A stretch of 64,000 nucleotides of DNA from the human T2T-CHM13v2.0 reference genome, Homo sapiens. Under the pieces are notes generated by a model. That model was not told the DNA's origin and did no database searches. It was given only the letters and a program-made list of their open reading frames with translations. This document shows, in pieces, positions 12,615 to 31,311 of this stretch. The stretch lies in assembly GCF_009914755.1 (NCBI RefSeq), contig NC_060928.1, one strand, 5' to 3'. The position numbers were made by a program, and so were the translations under genes. Position 1 is the stretch's first letter. Each line of letters starts with the position of its first letter.

Positions 12615-12962
12615 CATGTGGTTCTAGGTTGGTGGTTCTAGGGACTCCTCAAGTCCCCAGAGCCTTTTAGGGTCTGTGAGATCGAACTGTTTTTTCTTAG
12701 GACAGTATTTGCCTTTTTTTTCTCATGGTTTCATAGGTGTACAGTGGAGTTTTCTAGAGGCTGTAAGACACATTATGCCATTATTGCTCTGATAGCTAAT
12801 GGTGTCTATATTAATGTATTCTTGTGTTTTAGGAACTTCCCAGTATTAATTCTAAGATATAAATATCGATAAAGTATTCCATGTAAACAAAGGCTATTTG
12901 GAGTTCTCAGTAATTTTTGTAGTTTAAAGGAATCATGAAACCAAAAGTTTTTAGAATGCCTG
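12615..12962 (+). mobile_element. hAT-Charlie DNA transposon remnant (Charlie1-derived)
   Basis: gtgtacagtggagttttctagaggct and 3' motif aaacaaaggctatttggagttctcagtaattttt...aaaagtttttagaatgcctg resemble the Charlie1 ends. Confidence 0.65.
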
Positions 12963-13035
12963 CTCAAAGTACGATACCAATTCTCTGTATTGGCAGCTTG
13001 ATAGACATTAAGCACTAGAACTGCAAATTACATCC

Positions 13036-13332
<297 letters not shown>

Positions 13333-13442
13333 TGATGTCATTTTTAATAAAAGTATTTAATATGATTTGATTACATGTATTAAAAAATTGAAAATCTAGA
13401 CATATTTAAATAAATTTGATTTTTAAAAATGTTAGTCATTTT

Positions 13443-14243
13443 ATGAACAGATACTTCTCAAAAGAAGACATACAAGCAGCCAACAAACATATAAAAAAGT
13501 GCTCAGCATCACTAATCATCAGAGAAATGCAAATCAAAACCACAGTGAGATACCATCTCACACCAGTCAGAATGGCTATTATTAAAAAGCCAAAAAACAC
13601 CAGATGCTGGTGAGGCTTTGGAGAAAAACACTTGAACACTGTTAGTAGGAATGTGAATTACTTCAGCCACTGTGGAAAGCAGTTTGGAGATTTCTCAAAG
13701 AACTTGGAGCTGCCATTCAACCCAGTAATCCCATTACCCAAAAGAAAGTAAATCGTTCTACCAAAAATACACATATAGTTGTATGTTCATCATCGTACTG
13801 CAAACAATGGCAAAGACGTGGAATCAACCCAGGTGCCTATCAATGGTGGATTGGATAAAGAAAATGTGGTATGTATATACCGTGAAATACTACTCAGCCA
13901 TAAAGAAGAACAAAATCATGTCTTTTGCAGCAATACTGATGCAGCTGGAGGCTATTATCCTAAGCAAATTAACTCAGGAACAGAAAACCAAATATTACAT
14001 GTTCTCACTTATAAATGAGAGATAAACATTGGGTACTCATGGACATAAAGATGGCAACAATAGACAGTGGTAACTACTAGGAGTGGGAGGGAAGGAGGAG
14101 AGCAAGGGTTGAAAAACTACTGGGTACCATGCTCACTTCCTGGGTGATGGAACTACCTCAAACCTCCACATTACACAATATACCCACATAACAAACCTGC
14201 ACATGTACCCCAAATCTAAAATAAAAGTTGAAATTATTTTTTA
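13443..14243 (+). mobile_element. 5'-truncated L1PB-type LINE-1
   Basis: ORF2 C-terminus [21 protein letters not shown]... and TWNQPRCLSMVDWIKKMW; 17-bp TSD aaaaatgttagtcattt (13425-13441) / aaaattgttagtcattt (14244-14260). Confidence 0.92.
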
Positions 14244-14869
14244 AAAATTGTTAGTCATTTGTTATAATTTGTATTTGCCTTTTAATTTAATGTATACTTT
14301 AAAATATCTTAGGAGAAAAATAACTTTTTAAGATACAAATAAAAACAATTCAAAATTTTAATATTTCCACTTGTACTTTTAAAATGAAAGGTACATGCAA
14401 ATTATGTATACTTTGAATAAAATTACATTTTAATCCTTCAGATATTTACTCTCAATAGAACATAAATCAGGTAAAATTCTTCATTATAGCAACAAGATGA
14501 GGTAGTAACCGCCTGCAGAAATAAGCATGAAGACATGAAAACTAAATTTTAGACAATAAATGTCTGATTACTTACTAATTACATGTATTTTTCTTTTTCT
14601 GGTCATATGAACATGACCAACTCATCATCAGAACATCTACACATGTGCAGTAATAATTTAATTCAGTAGCTGTTGATATTTTGCCACCTTTCAAGTACAT
14701 AAAAAACATAGCTTTACCCAAAATTTTCAATTTTGTCACTATGAAGATTACTTAATATATGAAGGTATACCTATGAAGAGTAATAGTATATTCCATTTAA
14801 CATATGAGATGAGGACTATCATTTATATACTCCCCTGGGCCTCACAGAAGTTAGGGGCAGCCCATATGT

Positions 14870-15040
14870 TTTCAGCACCTTATTGCCTCCTCTAATAACC
14901 TTCTGAAATAGTTTTCATATCCCTAAACCACGTAAATTGAACATTAGAGAAATTAAGCCTTAACCAAAGTCATCCATCTCATGAGTTGGGGCTTGGATTC
15001 TATCACAGGTCTGTCTGAATAGAACCCATAATGCTTCACA
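14870..15040. mobile_element. MIR fragment
   Basis: MIR-core-like ctaataaccttctgaaatag...agagaaattaag...ccaaagtcat. Confidence 0.5.
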
Positions 15041-15309
15041 GTTAAATACATGTACAGCAAACAGGGTAGAATCTGGGATGCCCCAGAGGGTGTGATGTGC
15101 TTATGAGATGGTGGGGGTTTTTTTAGCACTATTTTTTTTTCTGAGTATAAACTAATGTATGCTTACTAAAAACTTTTTGATCAAATAAAGGAATTATAAA
15201 GAAAACCCACTCGAAGATCACCTGTATACCATCCAGAAAAGCTCCCTTAAAAATTGAGTGGGGCAGGAGAAAGACATTCCTTTCCAGAGTTTTTTCTCTG
15301 CTTTTGTAT

Positions 15310-15358
15310 ACACACACACATATACACACACATACACGCAGACACGTGCACACACATA
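15310..15358. repeat. Imperfect (CA)/(TA) microsatellite
   Basis: Seen directly. Confidence 0.85.
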
Positions 15359-15521
15359 CTTTTAAAATGTGATTGTTATAAATTCTGTTTTATAACCAGT
15401 ATTTCCCACTCTTCTGTGGACATATTTCCAGTTGCATAAATATAATTCTAAATAATTATTTAAGGTCTGTACAGTAGTCTATTTCTATAGTGGTATCACT
15501 GTTTACTTAAACTCTCCCGTA

Positions 15522-15837
15522 TTTTTTATTTTATTTTATTTTCATGTTTCAGAGACAGGGTCTTGCTCTATCACCCAGGCTTGACTGCAGTGGTGCAATC
15601 ACAGTTTGCTACAGCCTCAAACTCCCAGGCTCAAGTGGTCCTCCTGCCTCAGCTTCCCTAGTAGCTGGGACTACAGGCCCACACCAGCATGCTTGGCTAA
15701 TTTATTTATTTATTTTTGCAGAGACAGGGTTTCACTTTCTTGCACAGGCTGGACTCGAACTCCTGACCTCAAGTGATCTTCCCACCTTGACCTCCCAAAG
15801 TGCTGAGATTACAGGTGTAAGCCACCTTACCCAGGCT
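15522..15837 (-). mobile_element. Alu (AluJ-like)
   Basis: Antisense Alu with ctcaagtgatcttcccacc. Confidence 0.9.
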
Positions 15838-15839
15838 AA

Positions 15840-16300
15840 CCTCTCCCTTATTGATGAACATTTAGTCATTTTCCAGTTTTCACTATTACAAATAACACTT
15901 TGATAGTCTTTGTGTTCTTGTTTGATATTTTTTTTTAGGAAAAATTGTTAAAGACAAAATTTTGGAGTCAAAAGATAGCACATTTTAAGATGTAATATAT
16001 TTGTCAAACTGCCTTATTGTAGCAATTTGTATTCCCACTACCGCTACTTAGCAGTTTCCTCAAACCTCTACCAGCTCTGAATATTATTTCTCTTTCTCTT
16101 TAATCTTTGCCAGTTTCACAGACCACTGTGATATCTCATGATTATTTTAATTTGTATTGCTTTGATTACTCGTGAAATATATTTTGTTATGCCCATAGGT
16201 CATTTTTACTTCTTTTATGAACTGCTTTCTCATAGTCATGTCCTTTGCTTATTTTTCATTTGGGATGATTGTCTTTTTAAAATTAATTTTTAAAAGTGTT
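15840..16300 (-). mobile_element. Old L1ME fragment
   Basis: Degenerate antisense ORF2/3' UTR motifs (gatgaacatttag, tattcccactacc, atatctcatgattattttaatttg). Confidence 0.6.
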
Positions 16301-16747
16301 TCTTTCTTACAGTTACGTAAGCCTTTAGCTTACTGTAAGGCCTTAAAGGTACTTTTAAAAGCATGCAGTTTTTGCCTGATAAACAAAATAGCACATGCTT
16401 ATTATTCAAAAAATTAAAACCTGGAAAATACAGGAGGAAAAGGGTAAAAATTGCCAATAATCTTACCATATTTTCTTGTTTTTTAAAAAATGTGCAAAGT
16501 AAGAAGTGAATGTTTTTCCTTCCTCTCTCTACATGACTATTTTTTCAGCTGTTCAGTATGTGTCCTTTTAGGCATAAGACTTATCTGCATATTAAAGATA
16601 AAGATTGTAATTTTTCTTTTAACTGTATTTCTCATCACCACCATCATCATCATCATCATGACCAATAAGAACCTTTGTAATTATTTCTATTAACTTTTTT
16701 CTATTATATTCTCTGGTTTTTCTTAGGAAGGCCATCTGCCCTCTTAA

Positions 16748-17110
<363 letters not shown>

Positions 17111-17349
17111 TAAAATTAATCCCTTAATTTATATGGAATCTATTCTGGCATACTCTGTAAAGTAGTGATCTAACTTTACATTGGTTAGATAATTATTCAC
17201 AACATATATTGTCCATCCCTTTGAAACTGATTTTTAAAGTCATATTCATCATTTAATAATTTCTTGTATGTGCTTTTGAACTTTGTGTTTTGGTCCAATT
17301 TTGCACATTAAAAAAATCTAGCAAGGCTGTTATAATTTATTACTCTTGG

Positions 17350-17494
17350 TTTTATTTTATTTATTTATTTACTTTTGTAGAGATGGGGTCTTGCTATGTT
17401 GCTCAGGCCAGTATTGAACTCCTGGGCTCAAGCAATCTTCCCACCTTGGCCCCCGAAAGGTTGAGATTATTGGTGGGAGCCATTGCGCCTGGCC
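17350..17494 (-). mobile_element. Alu monomer (FLAM)
   Basis: Single left-monomer antisense with T-rich tail. Confidence 0.8.
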
Positions 17495-18379
17495 TACTCA
17501 TGTTTTTAGAAGTTTTCTGACTATTCAGTTTATTCTTTGGATAAATTTTGAATTATTTTGCCAAGATGCTTTAGAATTCTTATTGGCAATTATCTTAGGC
17601 ATTTTATTAATTTTGGAAAATGGACATCTTTTCAATAATGACTGTTCTCATCCAGGACAACAGCATTTCTCTACCGTAATTAAAATCTTTTATGTTCCTC
17701 AATAGAGCTCATCTGGACATTTCTTTCTAAATCTATTCCTGGGAGTTTTGTAATTTTTATTATTGGAATAATTTTTTTTTCTATCAAAACATCTAACTGG
17801 TTGTTATTGGGAAAAGATGGAAAGTTTTTTAGAGTGGTGGATTCAGGGATATTAGTCAAGGGAAGTTAAACAGAGTGGGGGCACTGTCGGGAGAGGACAT
17901 AACACACCATGGCCCTATGGTACATCCTGTCATTGAGAAAAAGGAAATACAAGTTCATGGAAAAAAATGAAATTTATGCCCTCCTTATCTAGTCCATATG
18001 CCTTCAAAGAAACAATTTTTTTTAATGTTCTCTAGAACATGAAATAATTTGAAGACAGTTTCAGGTTTTCTCCTATGCCTGAGTGTACATTTTTGGACAA
18101 TTTCTTTTCCTGCCGGTAACAAAGAACTTGAGATCTCCTTTGCTTTAGCTGCAGGAGGTCCCTTCCCCAGGCTGCTGTGTGTGAGATATTCCTGAAGCCT
18201 GGCTCATTTCTTTTGCCACCCATCCTAATGAGTTCTCCCAAACTTTAGCCTATTCTAAAACAAATAATGAAATAACAAAAGTAGGATTCTGTTTATCTAA
18301 CAAAAAGTGGAATATAGGCATCATTTTGGTGAGTTTAGTCTTATATCAGATTTCAGGTTGGTACATTTAAAACTTCTAT

Positions 18380-19400
18380 AGGGCAAAGACACCACCAATA
18401 TTTTTTTAAAGTCTCAGAGAGAAGTACGTATTTAAAACTCATGTAATCCAAAACTAGATGATAGGAAGACCATATATGGCACTCAGACATATAAGGGAAA
18501 AATCAAATAACCAGATGTAAAAAATGGGTAAAGGATTTGTTCATGCATTTCCCAGAAGAGCATACCTGATGCTCAATAAATGTTTGAAAAGACAAAATTC
18601 TTCATCAATGGTCCTGGAAATCAAAACATTGAGCTACCAATTCACACATTATTTTTATTTAAAAAAAAAGTATGGCAATTTTTTTTTTTAAGAAAAGAAG
18701 GCTTTTACTTTAAAACAGGAGCTAGAATAAAACAAGATCTCTAATATTCTGCTGGTGGTAGTATATATTAGTTCAACCAGTTCAGAGAGCAGTTAGATAA
18801 TATCTAATAGAATTTTAAATATTCATACCTCAAGATTCTGCAATTTCATTTCTGAATATATTCCTAAGAGAATCTCTTGCACACGTGCTCAAGGAGATGC
18901 GTATAAGGATGCTCCTTATACATAATAATAGTGCAGCATTATTTGTAGTAATGAACAATTGGAAGCAACTCATATATACATTAATAGGAGAACAGAAATA
19001 TATATATTTTTTCATAATAGAATAGTGAATGAACTACATCTATATGTAGATATTGATGAATAAATCTCAAATACATAATAGTGGATGAAAATGTTGCAGA
19101 ATAATTCCTATAGTTTGACACCATTTATGTGAAGTTCTAATTCATACAAATTAATATCATATATTGTTTATGTATACATACGTCTGCAGTAAAACAAGAA
19201 AGACATCTAGTGAAAAAGGAGACAGCTGGAATCAGATGAAGTGAAAAAGAGGCTTTCACTCTCTCTCTCTCAAGCTTTTCTTGAAAAAAAAAACACATTC
19301 AAATATGAAAATACGGGAATATGAATTATTGATAGTGGAAACATGGATGTTCATTATTACTTTCTGTGCTTTTCTATATGTTAAAATATGTCATATTTAA
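18380..19400 (+). mobile_element. Old L1ME 3' region
   Basis: Degenerate aaaaatgggtaaaggattt, tgctggtggtagtata, tgcagcattatttgtagtaatg motifs. Confidence 0.65.
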
Positions 19401-19567
19401 AAGTAGGTTGAAATCACCTACTTTTCTAATAAAAAGTTAGCTAGACTATTTCTGTGGTAAGAATACCTCCTGGACTTCATCCTCTGTGACAGACAAAACA
19501 TAGCCCTCTCATTGCTACTATGCCTTTGATCTATGTGTTTAGGACAAAACACCCATGGTTATTCCAT

Positions 19568-19880
19568 TTCTTCTTCTTTTTTTTTTTTTTTTTTTTGGTG
19601 ACAGACTCTTACTCTGTCACCCAGGCTGGAGTGCAGTGGCCTCATCTCGGCTACTGCAACCTCCACCTCCCGGGTTCAAGCAACTCTCCTCCCTCAGCCT
19701 CTAAAGTAGCTGGGATTACATGCGTGTGCCACTACGCCCAGCTAATTGTTTTGTATTTTTAGTAGAGACAGGGTTACACCATGTTGGCCAGGCCGGTGTT
19801 GAACTACTGGCCTCAAATGATCTGCCTGCCTCAGCCTCCCAAAGTGCTGGGATTACAGGCCTGAGCCACCACACCCAGCC
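19568..19880 (-). mobile_element. Alu (AluSz/J-like)
   Basis: Antisense Alu; TSD ccatggttattc. Confidence 0.92.
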
Positions 19881-20001
19881 ATCCATGGTTATTCTTTACA
19901 AGCCTTTGGTTTTGTAGATTCAGAAAATCTCCTCTACAAATTCAGAGAAATTACTGGGCTCTGAGGGACTGCTCATGACAGCTAGTCGTTAGAAATGACT
20001 A

Positions 20002-20336
<335 letters not shown>

Positions 20337-20713
20337 AGAAATGACTATATGAAGATTGATTTTTCATTGTCTAAAAAACTGAACATCACTAGAAAGTATA
20401 TGCTAATTTTCTATTTGACTCCAGAGAGAAAAAACTGATGTCTTTAAAAATACATTTTCTTTTATTTGTCAATAAGAACTGCACAATTCAGATTTCCTTT
20501 ATGCCTGGACTTTCAGGATGCTAGAGCTAATGATGATCAGTTGGATTTATCATTTTATTCTAGATCTTTATCCTAGATAATTACCTTTTCATTTCTTCCA
20601 TATCATTTTTAATTTTCATTTATTATTTATTTAACTGCTATATTTGCATATGTTTAAAATTCTTACATCCAGGTAGAAGGAGGTGCATTTTAAGGTAATA
20701 AGCAACTCAATCA

Positions 20714-20759
20714 ATGGATGGATGGATGGATGGATGGATGGATGGATGGATGGATGGAT
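20714..20759. repeat. (ATGG)n tetranucleotide microsatellite
   Basis: About 11 perfect units. Confidence 0.95.
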
Positions 20760-21224
20760 AGACTGATTTATAAACCATGAGATTATATTATTTATCCTGA
20801 GAAATATGACTGCAAAATAAACTAGAATATTTTATCAGCTGCTCAACACATTTACTTGCCAGTATAAGAGCTTACTTAAGAAAAAATTTCCATCAAGAAG
20901 GTTACTCAGTGAGTATAGAGTCAGTCTTTCCCACTATAATTCACACTATATGGCTGCCAGTTGTAGTTCCCAAAATAAAACCCTAGTCTTATCATATACC
21001 TGCTCAAAACCTTCAAAAGTTCCATATTATCTTTGGAATTAGGAAGACACCCCTTAGCTGGGCATCCCACTACCTCGGCCAAACTGGAAAATCAGTTATT
21101 TTCTGAGCACCCCTCACTTTCCCATTCCTATCCTTTTAAAATATTGCTTCCTCCACTCCTACACCTCCCCTGCCACAGAATCCTACCCATGCTTATATGC
21201 CCATCTCAAAAGTCATCTGGTAAT

Positions 21225-21450
21225 AATCACAGCAGGTATTCCTATGCTAAATCACTTAATCCTCATACAACCCTCATACAACAATTGCATACTTATATGA
21301 TAAGTATTATTAACCCATTTTACAGATAAGAAAAACTGAGGCTCAAAGAGATAACTTTCCCAAACACACACAACTAATGAGCAATTAAACTGGGATTCAA
21401 ACCTGGCCACCCTAGCTCTGGAGTCCTCGCTGTATCCAGTGCACTATGCT
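21225..21450 (-). mobile_element. MIR
   Basis: cccattttacagataagaaaactgaggctcaaagag...ctgggattcaaacctgg core. Confidence 0.8.
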
Positions 21451-21464
21451 GCACTTTTTTTTCT

Positions 21465-21668
21465 TTTCAATAAACAACAGCAATTTATTTCTCAGAGTTC
21501 TGGAAGCTGAGAAGTCCATGATTAAGGCAGATTCAGTGTCTGGTGAGGGCCTACTTCCCAGTTCATAGATGGTGGCTTCTGGTTGTTTCCTCAGATGGTG
21601 GTAGAGGTGAGGCAGCCCTCCCTTTCTGGGTCCTCTTTTAAAGGTCACTAATTCTACCCATTGGGGCA
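21465..21668 (-). mobile_element. MaLR LTR fragment (MLT1A-like)
   Basis: aatttatttctcagagttctggaagctgagaagtcc...tctggtgagggcc. Confidence 0.75.
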
Positions 21669-21695
21669 CTGCATGCCTGATCTTGGTTCTCAGTC

Positions 21696-21976
21696 ATTCT
21701 TTTTTTTTGAGATAGGGTCTTGCTCTATTGCCCGGGCTGAAGTGTGGCTCACTGCAGCCTCGGACTCCTGGGCTCAAGTAATCCTCCCACCTCAGCCTGC
21801 CGAGTAGCTGGGACTACAGGTGCGCACCACCGTGCCCAGCTAATTTTTGTAATTTTTGTAGAGACAGGGTTTTACCATGTTGCCCAGGCTGGTCTAAAAC
21901 TCCTGAGCTCAGGCCATCCCCCTGCCTTGGCCTCCCAAAATGCTGGGATTAAAGGCATGCACCACCATGCCTGGCC
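21696..21976 (-). mobile_element. Alu (AluJ-like)
   Basis: Antisense Alu. Confidence 0.9.
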
Positions 21977-22215
21977 AGTTCTCAGCCCTTCTGATTAATT
22001 GTAAGCACCCCATACGATGCCATTTGTGTCTCTTATTCTGCTTAACAAAAGTTGATATGTTCGTATCTACTTACATTCATAGTAGGTAAGAGCTCAGGTG
22101 CTGGAGTCAAAGACCTAGATTCAAATGCCAGCCCAGCTGCTTGCCAGCTGTATGTCTTTAGGCAAACTACAGCCTCTCTGAGCCACAGGTTCCTCCAATA
22201 TAATAATATCCACCC

Positions 22216-22645
22216 GTGGTAGACACAGCTAATTGCTTACCAATATTTGCCTTCTCTTTTTTGGCACCCCAATAGGCTCCATTTCTGAACTGCCCTTGTT
22301 GGAGCTGGGCAGAGAGGGGGAGCAGAAAGTCACTGAATTCTGGCCAATAGTATATGGGCAGAAATGATCTAGGCTACTTCCAGGCTTGGTCCCTAAAACA
22401 TCTCAAGACCCTCTGCATGATTTCTCCTCCATCATCTGGCTGGATCTAGGGGAGACGCTACAGCTCCAGAAAAGGGCAGAGCCCCTGGATGGAAAGAGCC
22501 TGGGCGGGCCCATGAATGGCTGTCAGGAGCAGAACGTCCTTGCCCTACTCCACATCCACTCACATTAGACTGAGATTTGAGGAAGAAATAAAATGTATTG
22601 CATTAAGCCACTAAGACTTGGGGGCTGCTTTTTATAACAGCCTAA
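22216..22645 (+). mobile_element. Old MLT1 LTR
   Basis: gtggtagacac start, ttctggccaat, and 3' end gaaataaaatgtattgcattaagccactaagacttggggg. Confidence 0.7.
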
Positions 22646-22773
22646 CAGGTTTACTTAATATTGCTGGAGAAAATCACATAATACCATGGCTTGTTACACT
22701 AAGCAGTTATTTTTATCATCCTCCACTAGGCCTTCAATATTTTCAGAATCCATATTCTACTTTTCTAATTAAC
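22535..22773 (+). repeat. Local direct duplication A, source copy (239 bp)
   Basis: Identical to 24516-24759 apart from a 5-bp aaata expansion in the second copy. Confidence 0.97.
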
Positions 22774-22799
22774 TTATGGTTCCACTCATTATAATGACG

Positions 22800-24060
<1,261 letters not shown>

Positions 24061-24260
24061 TGTTTTGAGTTGAACTGTATCTTCCCAAGAAAGCTAGGTT
24101 GAAATTCTAACACCTAGTATCTCACATCGGAATATGACCTTATTTGGAGATAGGGTCTTTACAGAGGCAGTTAAATTAAAATAAGGTTATTAGCATGGGC
24201 CCTACAGTATGACAGGTGTCCTTACAAAAGGGGGAAATTTGGACACAGAGACACACACAG
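24061..24260 (+). mobile_element. MLT1B/C LTR 5' fragment
   Basis: tgttttgagttgaactgt...gaccttatttggagatagggtctttacagag...ggaaatttggacacagag. Confidence 0.8.
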
Positions 24261-24515
24261 ATAAGTTTAATATATCTAAATAGTATAAATAATAATGAAA
24301 TGAATGCCTGTGTCACCCAACTTAAGAAACAGAATAAAACCAATGGCTTCAGCTCCTAGCGTATCCCTACATGATCAAATTGTCTTCCCTCCTCCAAAAA
24401 GTAATGATTATCCTGCTATCCTGAAATTTGCAGTTTCCTTGCCTATCTTTAGTTTTATCACATATATGCATATCTATTAATAATCAATAGCTTCAATTTG
24501 AAAGTTTTTCACAAG

Positions 24516-24759
24516 CGTCCTTGCCCTACTCCACATCCACTCACATTAGACTGAGATTTGAGGAAGAAATAAAATAAAATGTATTGCATTAAGCCACTAA
24601 GACTTGGGGGCTGCTTTTTATAACAGCCTAACAGGTTTACTTAATATTGCTGGAGAAAATCACATAATACCATGGCTTGTTACACTAAGCAGTTATTTTT
24701 ATCATCCTCCACTAGGCCTTCAATATTTTCAGAATCCATATTCTACTTTTCTAATTAAC
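24516..24759 (+). repeat. Local direct duplication A, ectopic copy (244 bp) abutting the L1PA
   Basis: Copy of 22535-22773; joins directly to the L1 3' UTR at 24760. Confidence 0.97.
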
Positions 24760-27661
<2,902 letters not shown>

Positions 27662-27819
27662 TAATTTAGGGCGGTTAGATTTATCAGTGTAGTTAATTTT
27701 ATTAATCATTTCCTTTATTGTTTGCAATTTGGGGATTTTAACTAAGATATGGTTTCTTACATTGCGTGAGGAAAGTGATCATTTCCTTTTTTTTTTTTAA
27801 ATCTTGTCTGTCATATTTT

Positions 27820-28815
27820 TAAAACAGTTTTATTGAAATATATAAATTCCACCCACCCATCCATTCCATCCATCACAATTTGGTGATTTTTAAAAATATA
27901 TTCACAGAGTTGTACAACTATCATCACAATCTAATTATAGAACATTTGTATTACCCCAAAAAGAAATCCTGTACTCATTGGCAGTCATTCTCCTTTCCTC
28001 CTTACTCCCTACCCCTAGTACAGCTCTAGGCAGCCACTAATCTACTTTCTAACTCTATAGCTTTGCCTATTCTGAATATTTTCTATAAATGGAACCATGT
28101 AATATGTGATCTTTTGTGATTGTATTCTTTCACTTAGTATATTTTTGAGGTTTACCCATATTGTAGCATGTATCAGCACTTCATTCCTTTTCATGTCTGA
28201 ATAATATTCCATTGTGTGGATACGTGACATCTTGTTTATCCATTTATCAGTGATGGACACTTAGGTTGTTTCTACTTTTTGCTATTATGTATAATGCCAC
28301 TATAAACTGTCATGTATACTTTTTTTTGAGCACTTATATTTTCACTTTTCCTGGATATATACCTAGAAGTTTATATAAAGAGTTTATGGTAACTCTATGT
28401 TTAGCTTTTTGAGGAACTGTCAAACTCTTTTTCACTGTAGTACATCATTTTCATTCCCACCAGCAATGTATGAGGGTTCCAGATTCTTACATCTTCCTTA
28501 ATGCTTATTGTTTCTACTTTTTTTTTTATTATAGCCATCCTAGTGTGTGGTGGTGGGAGAGTGAGTTGTATCTTATTATGAGTATAATGTATATTTCTCT
28601 AATGACTAAATAATGTTGAACATGTTTTCATGTAGGTTTTTGGCCAGTTGTGTATCTCTTTTGGAAAAATGTCTGTTCAAATCCCACCTATTGGCCGTTT
28701 GTATGTCTCTTGGGAAAATATCTGTTTAAATCCCTTGCCCATTTTAAAATTGAGTTATTCTTTTTATTATTGAGTTGTAAGAGTCCTGAGTATATTCTGA
28801 ATACACAACCTCTAT
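27820..28815 (-). mobile_element. L1MB-type 3' end
   Basis: cagttttattgaaatata, cagagttgtacaactatcatcacaatc, ttgaggaactgtcaaact; minus ORF SITDKWINKMSRIHTMEYYS. Confidence 0.88.
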
Positions 28816-31189
28816 ATCTTTTAGTTTGTCTTTTATATTATCTGTTTCTTTTCTTTGCATATATGCTATATCCTATGTAATTTTTTTCAAATCTATCTTC
28901 TAGTTCAGTAATTCTCTCTTCAGCTATGTCTAATATGCTGTTTAAGAGATCAAAATATATGCCCAAATAGGTGTTAAATGATCCAAAAGCCATCGTTATA
29001 TTAAATTATTATAATTGCAATTTAAAACTTATTTTATAGAACTGTTCTGCTTCTTAATACACTTGTCAAAACCACTTGAACAGTACACTTAAAATCTGTA
29101 CAAACACTGTAAGTTACACCTCAATTTAGAAAAAATCATTAAAAGCTGAGACTCAGAACCTGGTACAAAAATTTAATTAATGGGGTAAATAGGGTGGAGT
29201 GGGGAGGATAAAGGCAGAAGTTGTAGTAAGTTTCAGTAAATAATCATTCAATAAATGTTAATTGAAGGATCACTACATGAATGAATAAACAAACAGATTA
29301 ATTTAACAAAATTGGTTTTCATGTATTGCTTTGTGAGGCCAGTGTCATTATTTTGTAGCCAAAATACTCCTAGAGTTCTAAGCTTTATAATGTTTCTGAT
29401 TGCTACTAAAGACTAATATCATTGTTTGATAGAGCATTCTGCATTCTTGCAATGTGGAGAGAGCTTTCAGGCCATAAGGACTGGGAAGCACCACTATTGT
29501 AACCAAGGAAACTTGTACGAACATCTTTTCTGGAGCACATTTGAGAACATGATTTTCTCTGTGCTAAAGTGATATTTTGGCATTACACCCAGGAGAATGA
29601 CTTTCAGTCCTGTAGTTTTAGGAGAAAACTATGCCCTTCTGTTGACCAGAGATCAATATGAAGGCAACAGGTGGACCTACCCTTTGAGGCACTTTTCTAA
29701 AAATGTGCTCTCAGAACACTGCTAGCCCCTGGCAGATTTACAAGAAAGAGCAATGAGCCTTTCTTTTGTTCAATGTGCCTCTCACATCTGAAGTGTAAAA
29801 TCATGACTTTCATAGAAAGGCTGTTACAGTCTTAACAACCAATTCATTCTTAAAGCTTCTACTGTGCTTTACCAGAAAAGTCAGCTTATATCTAACATTA
29901 TTAGTTCTATTATTTCTCCAACTAATAAAAATGGACTACAGGCTCAAAATGGCTTTCTGAAGTGAAAAATATTGATACAAAGTATAATAAATACAATAAC
30001 TCAGAAAAATGTCATAATTGTAAGTGGTGATTAGAAATTCTGTGCAACTATAGAATGTGAATCTATATGCTCTGGTTCAAGGTGATCTGCAGATGGGATA
30101 ATTTCATACATGCAACATAAAAAAGAAAATGCAGAAAGAAAGTATGCCCAGTGATAAAACCATTAAATTGAATATTCCTGAACTAATAATCTATTTATCC
30201 CTATTCCTTGATACACTGTTCTGAAATTTTGTCAAACAGTTGTGTGAAGCCAGCCAAACTTCCCAAAATTTACAAATAAAGAAGAGTAACCTCTCTAGTA
30301 AACTAATGAAATTTTTCTAGCACAATCCCTGAATAATGTATTTCAGGAGGGAACCAATGTATTTTGTCACTAAAGGCAGAGACCAATATTACTAAGACAT
30401 CATTCAGTTTTATTTCTTACTGCAAAGTTAGACACAGGCCACACTGTTGATAAGAAGTTTATAAAACTTCTATAGATACTAAAATACAGTGCTTGAGAGG
30501 AAACAGAATGAAATATTAGGTAATCCCTTATCATATGGAACCACTGGAGTCACATAATGACAACAGCATATAATGTGGACTCACTGTCACACATTCACGT
30601 TGTGTGCATGCATGTGTGTATATGTGTGTTCTTTTCAGTTGGATGGAACCTCTGATAAGCTGAGAGTATCCACCTTGGCACACGTCCTATTCATCCATGA
30701 ACAAGAAGCACTTGATGGCATTAGTTCCACTACTCTCATGTTATTAAAGAGCAGGTGTTCATTATTTGAAAGCTCCTTTGTGAGAGGTGATATGAACTTG
30801 GGTCACTGTTGACAGATGTGGACATCTAGGAAGGAGGTTTTTATGAGAGTAAAAGAATTTTTTCCTGACTACCTAGCCTCACATTCTTTTATTTACAGAA
30901 TTCATTGGCATTCAATACTGTCATCCCTGGTCTTGATTTGATGTTGAACCAAATAATGGAAATTATAAATATGATCAAATTATATCCACCAACAATAAAA
31001 CTATTTAGCATGCTATGTGGGGGAAAATGGGCAATGACTTAAAAAATTCTACTTCTCACACTGTCATAGGAAAAAATACCCACATGAGACCATATATAGA
31101 AATTCAATTTTATTCAAAATACTCATATGAAATCATATATAGAAACACTTCTACATTACATAATACTGTTAATGCCAGGAAGCATTGAG

Positions 31190-31311
31190 AAGACTGTCTG
31201 ATTTATTGTCTGATCAAGGACACTTCAGCGAGTAAGAAGGGGCACTTTTATTAATTTTATTGGGATAATAGACATAAACTGGGACTGTCCCAGGGATGTA
31301 TGCTTACTCTA
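31190..31311. mobile_element. MER81-like hAT MITE
   Basis: atttattgtc...ggacacttc...aaggggcacttttattaatt...cataaactgggactgtcccagggatgtatg. Confidence 0.6.
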
